Assembly: GCF_000018105.1 (NCBI RefSeq)
Contig: NC_009925.1
Coordinates: forward strand, 5,460,001 to 5,492,000
DNA: 32,000 nt
Direction of reading: 5' to 3'
From: Acaryochloris marina MBIC11017
GTDB taxonomy: Bacteria; Cyanobacteriota; Cyanobacteriia; Thermosynechococcales; Thermosynechococcaceae
The position numbers and the translations under genes were made by a program. How positions within the stretch are numbered: the first letter of the stretch is position 1; each line of letters begins with the position of its first letter. Below the pieces are notes generated by a model that was not told the DNA's origin, did not search any database, and saw only the letters and a program-made list of their open reading frames with translations. This document shows positions 18,530 through 27,814 of this stretch, piece by piece.

Positions 18530-19591
18530 ATGATCATCGTCTTCAAAAGCGGTGCACCTGACGCAGAAATTCAGTCCCTCGATCAAGAAATGCGGGATTG
18601 GGGGCTGACGCCAGAGAAAATTGTGGGGCAACATAAGGTTGTGATTGGCCTTGTCGGTGAGACGGCTGAACTTGATCCCGATCAGATTAAGGATCTAAAC
18701 CCTTGGATTGAATCCGTCCTGCGGGTCGAGAAACCCTATAAGCGGGTTAGCCGAGAATATCGCCATGGTGAAGCTAGTCGCGTAGAGGTACCGACGCCTA
18801 AAGGGTCTGTGTTCTTTGGTGAGCCAGATCCGATTGTGCTGGTTGCTGGTCCCTGCTCTGTTGAGAACGAAGAAATGATTGTGGAGACGGCCCAGCGGGT
18901 TGCTGCGGCAGGGGCGTCTTTTTTGCGAGGGGGTGCCTATAAACCTCGAACCTCCCCCTATGCCTTTCAAGGTCATGGTGAGAGTGCGCTCGGTTTACTA
19001 GCTGCAGCCCGCGAGGCATCTGGATTGGGGATCATTACTGAAGTCATGGACACAGCCGATGTGGAGAAAGTGGCCGAGGTTGCTGATGTGCTCCAAATTG
19101 GGGCTCGCAATATGCAGAACTTCCCTCTCCTTAAAGCTGCTGGTGCCCAACCCAAGCCCGTATTACTAAAGCGAGGGTTATCCGCCACCATTGATGAATG
19201 GTTGATGGCTGCAGAATATATCTTGGCAGCCGGGAATTCCAATGTGATTCTATGTGAGCGAGGTATCCGCACGTTTGATCGACAGCATCTACGGAATACA
19301 TTGGATCTCGCAGCAGTCGCCGTATTGCGAACCCTAACCCATCTCCCCATTATGGTTGATCCCAGTCATGGCACGGGTTGGGCAAGGTTTGTCCCGGCCT
19401 TGGCTAAAGCTGCGATCGCAGTTGGTACTGACTCCCTGATGATTGAAGTCCATCCCAACCCCGCTAAAGCGCTCTCAGACGGTCCTCAATCTTTGACCCC
19501 CGATCAATTTGATGCATTGACTCAAGAGTTAGGGGTGATTGGGCAGGCGGTCGGTCGCTGGCCTCAAGCCCTTGCTGCAGCAACGGCCTAA
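18530..19591 (+). CDS. aroF: 3-deoxy-7-phosphoheptulonate (DAHP) synthase, type I-beta with N-terminal regulatory domain
   Basis: The core GPCSVENEE...LRGGAYKPRTSPYAFQG...IGARNMQN...KRG...DPSH is typical of the AroF/KDO8PS-like subfamily. About 70 aa of ferredoxin-like N-terminal extension precede it. Confidence 0.9.
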   Translation: MIIVFKSGAPDAEIQSLDQEMRDWGLTPEKIVGQHKVVIGLVGETAELDPDQIKDLNPWIESVLRVEKPYKRVSREYRHGEASRVEVPTPKGSVFFGEPDPIVLVAGPCSVENEEMIVETAQRVAAAGASFLRGGAYKPRTSPYAFQGHGESALGLLAAAREASGLGIITEVMDTADVEKVAEVADVLQIGARNMQNFPLLKAAGAQPKPVLLKRGLSATIDEWLMAAEYILAAGNSNVILCERGIRTFDRQHLRNTLDLAAVAVLRTLTHLPIMVDPSHGTGWARFVPALAKAAIAVGTDSLMIEVHPNPAKALSDGPQSLTPDQFDALTQELGVIGQAVGRWPQALAAATA

Positions 19592-19612
19592 GACTATTTT
19601 TAGGGTAAAAAA

Positions 19613-20212
19613 ATGGAATCTCCTGAAACCATCTGCGAATTTTGGTTTGGGACTGACCAGGATGACTTAGACGTCATCCGGCAACGCTCAAAGCTCTGGT
19701 GGTCAAAGAATCCTGACGTTGATACGGAAATCAAAGCCCGCTTCTCTAGCTATCTTGCCAAGGCTACTAATGGTGAACTAGAGGGATGGAAGCAGACGCC
19801 TCTCGGTACATTGGCCTTGATTTTGTTGACGGATCAATTCTCCCGCAATATGTATCGGGACACAGCTGAGGCTTTTGCTTATGATGAGATCGCACGAAAG
19901 CTGTGTAAGCAAGGTCTAAAAGATCGGACCGATCAATCCTTACGTCCCATACAGCGAGTGTTTTTCTATATGCCTTTAGAACATTCCGAATCTTTAGCAG
20001 ACCAAGAACACTGCATTCAACTCTTCCAACGCCTAGCTGCAGAATCGAAACCCCACTTAAAAGATGGGTTTGAGCAATATATCGACTTTGCAGTTCGGCA
20101 TCGAAATATCATTGACCAATTTGGCCGCTTTCCCCACCGCAATGCTCTTCTCAACCGAGTCTCCACCCCAGCCGAAATAGAATTCCTAAAAACGCCTGGG
20201 TCATCCTTTTAG
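19613..20212 (+). CDS. DUF924 family protein
   Basis: FWFG...LWWSK, DQFSRNMYR, PLEHSE and FGRFPHRNALLNRVSTPAEIEFL are typical DUF924 motifs. Confidence 0.85.
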   Translation: MESPETICEFWFGTDQDDLDVIRQRSKLWWSKNPDVDTEIKARFSSYLAKATNGELEGWKQTPLGTLALILLTDQFSRNMYRDTAEAFAYDEIARKLCKQGLKDRTDQSLRPIQRVFFYMPLEHSESLADQEHCIQLFQRLAAESKPHLKDGFEQYIDFAVRHRNIIDQFGRFPHRNALLNRVSTPAEIEFLKTPGSSF

Positions 20213-20241
20213 GAAGTGGACGATTCAGACTATCAATCCCT

Positions 20242-21330
20242 CTATACAGGTTTATGAGCAAACAAATACTTACTCATAAAATGTACGTCTGTCTCAACAT
20301 CCACAAAGCCCGCATCTTGAAGACGTTTGACAAGATTATCGGTACTGTAATGACGGTAATAAGGTTCATGCATCATCACAGGGAAATTATTAATCGCCAT
20401 TTTCAGTTCTGGGGAATCGTCTAGCTGAATAGAATCACAAATAACAAACGTCCCTCCTGGTCGAAGAACTCGGAAACATTCGTCAATCACATTCTGGCGC
20501 GCTGGAGCGGGAAGCTCATGGAAAAGAAAAACGCTACTGATGCCATGAAAATAGTTATCTACATAGGGTAATGACTCAGCATTAGCCTGCAACAACTGCG
20601 GTAGAACGCCTCGATCTTGAGAAATGAGCCGATTCGCTTTTTGAAGATAAGTGGGTGACAAATCTACACCGTATAATGAGGCATCTGGGAAAGTACCCCG
20701 CAATTGCTTTAATGTCCGCCCAGCTCCACAGGGAACATCCAGAATACGAATCTGGTTGGCAGGAATTGAAGAGAAGGCAGCTAATCCACGTTTCAAGGGG
20801 GCGAGAATTCTGCGACGCATAGCATCTGCAGTCCCACCAAATAGAAGTTCAACTTGCAAATCATAAATTTCAGCAGATGTTTCACTCAGATAACCATCTG
20901 TTTGGTGGTGAAAATTCTGGATGTAGTATCGGGGATACCCTTCCACATCAATCTCAGGTGCAAATTCTTGAACTTTTTTTTGGTCAACCCGCTGCCAAAT
21001 TTGAGGAGCATCTAACCAAACTTGAGGATATAAACGGAAAAACTCATCCCAGGGTTGATCAAAGAGAAGACTAACTGGGTAGACCCCCTCTTGTGCATCC
21101 TGCCAGTCTCTTTCTAGCAAGTCAGTTTGACGGTTGCGGACATACTCTAAAGTCTCATCATCTAGGGAATCAACCTTACCCAACCTGGGGTAGAAAGTAC
21201 TTTTTAGATTTGAAAGTACTTGACGATGAACAACACCAAAAACATTCTTACCTTGTTGAATTGCCTCATAGGCAAGTTTGGCAGCAGGTTCAGCTATGGG
21301 GAGATCAAAAAGATTGGGTAAGGCTTGCAT
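20242..21330 (-). CDS. class I SAM-dependent methyltransferase
   Basis: Motif I ILDVPCGAGR and post-I LYGVDLS, plus FLFHELP and LRPGGTFV. Confidence 0.85.
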   Translation of the reverse strand: MQALPNLFDLPIAEPAAKLAYEAIQQGKNVFGVVHRQVLSNLKSTFYPRLGKVDSLDDETLEYVRNRQTDLLERDWQDAQEGVYPVSLLFDQPWDEFFRLYPQVWLDAPQIWQRVDQKKVQEFAPEIDVEGYPRYYIQNFHHQTDGYLSETSAEIYDLQVELLFGGTADAMRRRILAPLKRGLAAFSSIPANQIRILDVPCGAGRTLKQLRGTFPDASLYGVDLSPTYLQKANRLISQDRGVLPQLLQANAESLPYVDNYFHGISSVFLFHELPAPARQNVIDECFRVLRPGGTFVICDSIQLDDSPELKMAINNFPVMMHEPYYRHYSTDNLVKRLQDAGFVDVETDVHFMSKYLFAHKPV

Positions 21331-21594
21331 GAAACTTCATAAATCTTTATATTCCTATTTATCATAATTCATTTTGCAAAAGCGAAATAACAAAGTATGT
21401 CAAGGGTCAAAATTAGCTTATGGTGTGGTTAGCTGTGCTATTTTATGAGCCTAGCGTCGTTATTTCGTGGTCAAAACAGTTCAACTGTGAGCAAGAACGG
21501 CCGTTCGATGTCCGTGTTTCCAAGCATTAATCCGCAGCACAGTTGCACATAAGGTTTATCGCCAATAAACCGTTTCTTTCCGATACACCAGGGT

Positions 21595-23631
21595 ATGCAA
21601 GAACTTTCCTATTTAGAAATCCCCACACCGAATACTGACGCTGTTAGACATTGGTTGCAATCTTCATATACTTCCCCATCAGGCCAAAAGGTGTCGACGC
21701 CTTCCGGTTGTCGTTTACAGTTCCCCGGACAGTCGAGCGAACTGGCTGTCGTTATCTGGTCACTGCAGCGGACCACCTATCTAAAGGTGTTTCGCTGGGG
21801 TTCTGCTCCCGTCCCCCAGGAAAAGAAACTCGTCAAAGGGTTAGAGCAAGCCTTAAGAAGCGACTTTCCCTATTACTACCCCAAGCCCCCCATCATTGAC
21901 TTTGAGCAAGAATCAATCTTCTCAGCCCTGGTCAAGGATTATCCGCGCACCGTGCAATATTTTCAACGGTTTCCGAATGGTGAATATGATCTCACTCGGG
22001 CCTACTGGTGGGAGCAGCGCTGGCGCGAAGGAGTCCGCCACCCCAAACAACCCCGGCAAGTCGTATTTTCCAACCCGGAAACCAATACGCCAGAGTACGA
22101 TTTAGTTTATTTGGGCGGTGCCCTTGGGGTTATTCACGCTGCAGTCATGGCTCGCTTGGGATATCGGGTTCTTCTGATCGAGCGATTACCTTTTGGGCGG
22201 ATGAATCGAGAGTGGAATATCTCTCGCAACGAGTTCGCTAATCTGATTGATTTGGGACTCTTCACCCCCGCAGAGTTTGAAAGTCTGATTGCCTCTGAAT
22301 ATGTGGATGGCTACCACAAATTCTTTGATGCTAACAATCCCGCCCAGTGCAAAGCCCCCGTCCTAAAAACGCCGACGGTTCTCAATATTGCCATCGACTC
22401 GGAACGGTTGCTGCGGTTATGTGGTGAAAAGCTCAGACAATCTGGAGGAGAAATTTGGGATCAAACCGAATTTCAGCGAGTGGATATTGGTGAAACAGCA
22501 GCTCGGGTCCAGGCCGTCCATTTACCCAGTGGTAAAGAGACAACTGTGGCCGGGCGCTTGCTAGTAGACGCGATGGGAACAGCCTCTCCGATCGCTTGGC
22601 AACTGAATGGTGGACGTTCGTTTGATAGCGTCTGTCCTACTGTAGGGGCAGTTATTTCTGGCTTAGATCGAGAAGTTTGGGACGCCCGATACGGAGATGT
22701 TCTCAATAGTCACGGAGATATATCCCGGGGGCGACAGTTAATTTGGGAACTATTCCCCGGTAAAGGGGATGAGCTAACCTTCTATCTGTTCCATTACCAT
22801 CAGGTCCATCCCGACAATCCCGGCTCTTTGCTGGAGATGTATGAGGACTTTTTTACAATCCTGCCAGAATATCGCCGCTGCAATTTAGATGATCTGAATT
22901 GGATCAAGCCCACCTTTGGCTATATTCCAGGTCACTTTAGTTTGGACAGTTCAGATCGCACTATCGCATTTGATCGGCTGATTGCGATCGGAGATTCAGC
23001 CTCTCTGCAATCTCCATTAATTTTCACAGGGTTTGGCTCCTTAGTGCGTAACCTTCCCCGGTTAACGGACTTATTAGATACTGCTCTCAAATATGATTTA
23101 TTACAATCAAAACACCTCAACCAAATTCGAGCCTACCAAAGCAATGTAGCCGTCACCTGGTTATTCTCACGAGGGATGATGGTGCCCACGGGGCAACATC
23201 TGCCCCCTGAGCGTGTGAATTCCATGCTTAATACCTTCTTTGGCATCCTGGAGGAAGAAGATTCGGACGTAACCGAGGCATTTATTAAAGATCGATTTGG
23301 CTGGCTTCCTCTCAACCGGATGGCTCTCAAAGCAGCTTTGATAAACCCTGCTCTACTCCTGTGGATATGGGTCATGGTGGGTTCCAAAGACTTAATTCGT
23401 TGGCTGAGCAGTTATTGGAGTTTTACCATCGATGCCTTTGGCAATACATTGCTTCGATCCTGGTTCCCCCGGATGGTTCGTTGGCTCCAACCTTTACTTG
23501 AAGGGCGTTTCCCTCAGCTTTGGTTCAGCTTACTAGCTCGTAGTTATGCAGTGACCTATTCATTAGGGCAAGCTCGTGTAGAACAGGTACTCCAGCCACA
23601 GCCTAAATCTGAACCTGCCATCATAAAGTAG
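21595..23631 (+). CDS. FAD-dependent oxidoreductase, CruA/CruP-like lycopene cyclase family (family call tentative)
   Basis: Rossmann dinucleotide motif DLVYLGGALGVIHAAVMARLGYRVLLIER. Length (678 aa) and the hydrophobic C-terminal region fit cyanobacterial CruA-type proteins. The CDS itself is solid; the family assignment is from memory only. Confidence 0.6.
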   Translation: MQELSYLEIPTPNTDAVRHWLQSSYTSPSGQKVSTPSGCRLQFPGQSSELAVVIWSLQRTTYLKVFRWGSAPVPQEKKLVKGLEQALRSDFPYYYPKPPIIDFEQESIFSALVKDYPRTVQYFQRFPNGEYDLTRAYWWEQRWREGVRHPKQPRQVVFSNPETNTPEYDLVYLGGALGVIHAAVMARLGYRVLLIERLPFGRMNREWNISRNEFANLIDLGLFTPAEFESLIASEYVDGYHKFFDANNPAQCKAPVLKTPTVLNIAIDSERLLRLCGEKLRQSGGEIWDQTEFQRVDIGETAARVQAVHLPSGKETTVAGRLLVDAMGTASPIAWQLNGGRSFDSVCPTVGAVISGLDREVWDARYGDVLNSHGDISRGRQLIWELFPGKGDELTFYLFHYHQVHPDNPGSLLEMYEDFFTILPEYRRCNLDDLNWIKPTFGYIPGHFSLDSSDRTIAFDRLIAIGDSASLQSPLIFTGFGSLVRNLPRLTDLLDTALKYDLLQSKHLNQIRAYQSNVAVTWLFSRGMMVPTGQHLPPERVNSMLNTFFGILEEEDSDVTEAFIKDRFGWLPLNRMALKAALINPALLLWIWVMVGSKDLIRWLSSYWSFTIDAFGNTLLRSWFPRMVRWLQPLLEGRFPQLWFSLLARSYAVTYSLGQARVEQVLQPQPKSEPAIIK

Positions 23632-23758
23632 ACACTAACCTAACTTTTCTCAGATATTATTCAACGGCTAAGGAATGACTGAATGGCAGATTTTTCTAGT
23701 TGATAAAATCCAAACTAGTAGAGTATTTCTAAACTGGAATGCCCTATTCACCAGCATC

Positions 23759-23992
23759 TTAGTTTCTTTTCTCAACAGGTAACGATGCCAGCCATAGGGT
23801 TGCAGAAATGGCAAAGAACATCACCATTAGATCAATAGTCTTACACATTTCAGGGGGCCAAAACCCTTTGAACATTGCAATTAGTAAAGCAAACTTAAAA
23901 CCGATATACTCTAAAACGACAATAGCGAATCCAACAATGGGAAGATGGGCTTTCATGTAAGTCATTCCAATAAAGATTCTGAATACGGTCAT
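23759..23992 (-). CDS. possible small 2-TM membrane protein
   Basis: 77-aa ORF with two hydrophobic helices. It overlaps another 66-aa ORF (23895..24095) in a different frame, so the gene model is unclear. Confidence 0.3.
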   Translation of the reverse strand: MTVFRIFIGMTYMKAHLPIVGFAIVVLEYIGFKFALLIAMFKGFWPPEMCKTIDLMVMFFAISATLWLASLPVEKRN

Positions 23993-24137
23993 ACTGAATT
24001 ACAACGGTCGAGAACCATAAAGGTCGACCAATTTGTACAAGAATGGCACCAGAACTATTAAGCTGATGTATCAATTGCTGCAATTCAGATGTCATTAATA
24101 ATCTGACCTATTTTCTAAATAGCAACTAGTTGAAAGT

Positions 24138-24219
24138 CAATAATGCTGTTCTATTTCTTTGAAACAGCATTATTGTGTCATTTGATACTTAATAGGGTGG
24201 CAGAGAAAAGTCTGCCACC
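24138..24219. repeat. two adjacent strong hairpins at the start of an ORF-free tract
   Basis: CAATAATGCTGTT -12 nt- AACAGCATTATTG (24138-24175) and GGTGGCAGA-gaaaag-TCTGCCACC (24196-24219). The second is followed by a T-rich run on the plus strand. Confidence 0.5.
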
Positions 24220-24919
24220 ATTCATATTCTCTTGAAATTCAGTTACCCGTATTGTGCCCTTCGTTTTTGAAATTGTGACCTTTATAAATTAACTTTTGAG
24301 AATAGTAATGACATCTAAATAATCAACAGTTTTCAGCATTCCCACAACTCAAGCGAGACATGAGATTCAGGTATTTTTAATTTTCCTCACGACAGACAAG
24401 ATTACTCTCTTTAATTCTTAACAGAGAAGGATTACTTATTAAACAAACTCTCAAATACTTGCCAAATATAAGGTTAAGAGATTATTAGCCTTGATCAAGA
24501 CTAATATCACCAGCACTCCCCAAATACAGCTTAAAAAAACTAAGAACCAAATATATTAGGGCATTCAAAGATTTTACTCTTAGGCACTACTCTATATTGA
24601 GCCAGAGAGTTTTTTATTGAATCTCAATAATTCTGTCTTTCATAGATCAGCATTACTCATAATTCAGACAGAATAGGAACTAGAGCATCGTAAGTCAGCG
24701 CTATTCTTTACTAGATATCAATTTCAGTAAATATATTCACCTTTATTTAGTTCTTAGAGTATAGAAGCCTAGCCACAAAATAGTGAATACCCTAAATGCA
24801 TACTTGAACTCAGATGAATACAATCAATAATTCATAGCAAACCCAATACCAAAGTAATTCCTGGCATAGATTTCTTATTATTTCACTATCAGCTTAAAGC
24901 AATCGAGATGATCAACCCA

Positions 24920-25531
24920 TCATCTTAAGTCCTTGGAAATAACGATGGTCTTGATGCGATCGCTATCTTGTACTGGATCTCCATACTTCTTATCAATTTC
25001 AAAGGAAATACCCTTTTTAGGATAGGACCACTGCCAAGTGTTTGTGGGTGAACGCTTAGGGTTGCCGTAAGCTTCTTTGATCTGCTTGCGAGTATCCCCT
25101 AATCCAATCCCCTGTTCCGTCTTACCTTTGTAGGGGCACTTGTCTTTGATGCAATTCACACGAATCTCTTTTAAGGGCAACGCTCCTTCGCGTTTCAATT
25201 GATTAACCCGTTGTTCAAACATAAATTGAAGCCCTTGAGATTTATAGTTAAGAGTGATAATTTCCAGGCGGCCAGATGTGCATACTCCATCTTCACATTT
25301 GTGTTCAGTCAACCCTCGCACTTTCCGTTTGTAGTTCCGTCCCAACTGAGCAGTAATTTCTCTCAGTGACGTTGACCGAAGGTTAATATCGCCAAAACCG
25401 ACTCCGGGTTTTAGGGTTGCATTGAGATACTTATTCTGAGTTTGAATCTGGGTAATTTCCTTACACGAGCTCATGAGGGGGATGCAAAGCAACGTAGCAA
25501 GGGATAGTAAAGATCTAGAATACGGCATCAT
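24920..25531 (-). CDS. hypothetical lipoprotein
   Basis: Signal peptide with lipobox (IPLMSSCKE). The mature part has several Cys residues. No family recognised. Confidence 0.7.
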   Translation of the reverse strand: MMPYSRSLLSLATLLCIPLMSSCKEITQIQTQNKYLNATLKPGVGFGDINLRSTSLREITAQLGRNYKRKVRGLTEHKCEDGVCTSGRLEIITLNYKSQGLQFMFEQRVNQLKREGALPLKEIRVNCIKDKCPYKGKTEQGIGLGDTRKQIKEAYGNPKRSPTNTWQWSYPKKGISFEIDKKYGDPVQDSDRIKTIVISKDLR

Positions 25532-25713
25532 ACGGGCTGAAAACGCAGCTTAATTCATCAGGGTTAGGATGCCCATTTTTTTACTTGGATAGAGAATGGG
25601 AAGCAGCACAGAAAGTTCAGATCAACAGCCCTGCTATTGCGCGCTACAAGAAACCAGATTCAATCTAAGCCCATCTACCCTATTTTGATTCATTAAGAAT
25701 AAAAGCAATACAG

Positions 25714-26640
25714 TCATTTCAAACAGACTTCAAGGGTGAAAAATACAGACTGAGCTAAAGCAGATAAATCATATCCACCCTCTAAACCAAATAGTATTTT
25801 GGAGGTCAGTTGGCGGCAGTACTGAGTGAAAACACCATAATCTTGGGGCGCTAAATGGATACCCGCTAACGGATCAGCAGCATTGGCATCGTATCCGGCA
25901 CTGACCAACAGTAAATCAGGATTGAAGTCCTGAAAGAAGGGCATGATCTTATCTTTAAATTGCGGCTCATAATCTGCCAACGTGCTGCCTGCCCGCATCG
26001 GCAAATTCAGGACATTGCCATGCAAACCTGTTTCACCCGCCGTTCCTGTACCGGGGTAGCAAGGGGATTGATGCAGAGAGCAGTAGGCAATCTGAGCATG
26101 GGACTCCACAATCGCTTGGGTGCCATTGCCATGGTGAACATCCCAATCGAGAATGGCGACTCGCTCAATACCAGGTTGGGTGAGGGCGTAGTAGGCTGCG
26201 ATCGCAGCATTGGAAAACAGGCAAAACCCCATGCCTGTCTCTTGTACCGCATGGTGCCCCGGGGGTCTGGCCAACACAAAGGCGGGGGATTGTCGGGATA
26301 GCACCAGATCAACACCATCCATCCAAGCATTCACAGCCAGTAAAGCCACTTCATAACTTTGAGGAGACACCACCGTATCCGGATCGAGATAGCCGCCCCC
26401 CGATTTAGCCAAAGATTGAACTTGCTGGATATAGTCAGCAGTATGAACGCGGTTAATCCATTCCAAAGGATCACGTTGCGTGATGGGAGTGGGCAATAAC
26501 CACTGTAATTGATCGGCCCAGGAAGCTTGTTCTAGTGCGGTTTTAATTGCCGTTAACCGTTCCGGTTTTTCGGGATGGTAGGGACCTGTTAAATGTTCAA
26601 GAAAGCGATCCGAATAAACAATGGGTAGCATGTGGCTCAT
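25714..26640 (-). CDS. histone deacetylase-family (AcuC/arginase-deacetylase fold) protein
   Basis: RPPGHHA, DWDVHHGNGTQ, SAGYDA and EGGY motifs. The start is probably at 26640 or 26631 (MSHMLPIVYSD), not 26715. Confidence 0.88.
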   Translation of the reverse strand: MSHMLPIVYSDRFLEHLTGPYHPEKPERLTAIKTALEQASWADQLQWLLPTPITQRDPLEWINRVHTADYIQQVQSLAKSGGGYLDPDTVVSPQSYEVALLAVNAWMDGVDLVLSRQSPAFVLARPPGHHAVQETGMGFCLFSNAAIAAYYALTQPGIERVAILDWDVHHGNGTQAIVESHAQIAYCSLHQSPCYPGTGTAGETGLHGNVLNLPMRAGSTLADYEPQFKDKIMPFFQDFNPDLLLVSAGYDANAADPLAGIHLAPQDYGVFTQYCRQLTSKILFGLEGGYDLSALAQSVFFTLEVCLK

Positions 26641-26893
26641 CCTTTGGTTATAAAGTGGGACCGAGTTTAGTGGTTTAAGAATACTGGCACTCAAGACCTC
26701 ATTCAACTCCTGCACTTTAGAGATTAAGATTTTTTCAGATCATTGGTTTGAGCAGGGAATTAGTGACTTGGGCCAATCCATGCACGTATCTACAACGGGG
26801 ATTCTGCTACTGCGCATGGTGAATCTGTCAGCTTTGAGTGGCCAAATTGACCAAAATTGCCATATTGCCCATTAAATTTCGCCTTTCCTGTTG

Positions 26894-27528
26894 TTAAGCA
26901 GCCTGGAATATTTCTTCAAGTTCACTAACACCTCTGATAAACTTATTCCTTTTATCAAGTAGAGACACGCATTCTGCCATTCGAGTACGAGATCTCAAAA
27001 AGTTACACACTTCATCCACCGCTTTGCAAAACTGATGAACTGCTTTAATCCAAGGGTAGGGTGATAGCGCTTTTTGACTGGACTGTGACTTTGCTCAATG
27101 GGATTCTCAGTGCAGGGGCGAACCTCATGCTCTACATTCTCACCCAATTCTTCTTCAATAGCAGGAGGTTAGGACGCCAAGCCATCTGTCGCGACCTTAT
27201 TGGGTGGATTCTCGTGCAGGTTAGTTCGAATTTGTTCTGCAAAATGAGGCAGAAATCTTTCTTTCCAATCCCGCACGGTTTCATGGGCAAATTCAAAACC
27301 TCGAATCCAGAAGTACTCGGCCACATCCCGATAGCTATGTTTTTAGCGTACTCGGACTAGGAGAACCTGAAATACTATATTTGTAGGGACCTCAATAAAA
27401 TTGAAGGGAGTGCCTATACGTTTGTTGTAACTCCTGCAACACACTTTGCATCGAAACCAAACATATCCAAGGGCAGTCTTACTCTGAAGAAATGAGACTC
27501 GGGTTGAGCGGCAATGAGGACAATCCAT
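26894..27528 (-). pseudogene. decayed IS6-type transposase (zinc-finger N-terminus plus fragments of the DDE domain)
   Basis: MDCPHCRSTRVSFLQSKTALGYVWFRCKVCCRSYNKRIGTPFNFIEVPTNIVFQVLLVRVR, then TAA. The same frame continues KHSYRDVAEYFWIRGFEFAHETVRDWKERFLPHFAEQIR...KVATDGLAS, then TAA, then PPAIEEELGENVEHEVRPCTENPIEQSHSPVKKRYHPTLGLKQFISFAKRW. A frameshift precedes ...FLRSRTRMAECVSLLDKRNKFIRGVSELEEIFQAA*. Most of the catalytic core between LHENPP and NKVATDG is missing. Confidence 0.75.
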
Positions 27529-27684
27529 TAAATACAGATAGAGTATGACTCAGGGACAGTACTCAGCCTGTCAGGATGGAAGTGGTTCCTCAATTCTGGG
27601 CAATCAACCCTGACAGTTTCTTTAGCTTGATACGTCCCTTTCCTTGGCGATATTTCCTGGTTTTTTCGATCTACTGAGTTTGAT

Positions 27685-27798
27685 TAGACCTCTTGCATAA
27701 TTCAGCTAACGGCATGGTAGTGGACTAAAAGTTCAAGTCAGATCGCGGCATAAATTGATTGCGTAATACACCGTGAAATGAATATTGCAAGAGGTCTA
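27685..27798. repeat. 114-bp element bounded by perfect 13-bp inverted repeats
   Basis: TAGACCTCTTGCA (27685-27697) and TGCAAGAGGTCTA (27786-27798). The match extends to 18 bp with 2 mismatches. The right arm ends 16 nt from the stop of the 4-TM gene, at the edge of the low-GC island. Confidence 0.6.
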
Positions 27799-27814
27799 TT
27801 AAATCATATTTAGA

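Noticed and set aside
18695-19350. Three minus-strand ORFs inside the DAHP synthase gene
   Set aside because: They are antisense to a conserved enzyme gene, and their Arg/Pro-rich products are typical of shadow frames.
21651-23387. Several 62-84-aa ORFs overlapping the 678-aa flavoprotein gene
   Set aside because: They are nested in a long continuous ORF with a clear Rossmann motif.
23895-24095. 66-aa ORF overlapping the 77-aa 2-TM ORF; possibly a single frameshifted gene
   Set aside because: I cannot decide from sequence alone. Neither product is recognisable, so only the more membrane-like ORF is listed, at low confidence.
27061-27360. 99-aa plus-strand ORF and 64-aa minus-strand ORF (27132..27326)
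   Set aside because: Both fall inside the IS6-type transposase relic. The meaningful reading is the interrupted minus-strand transposase frame.
26855-27604. Candidate terminal inverted repeats of the IS6 relic (ATTGCCCA / TGGGCAAT)
   Set aside because: Only 8 bp match, which is too short to distinguish from chance in this context.
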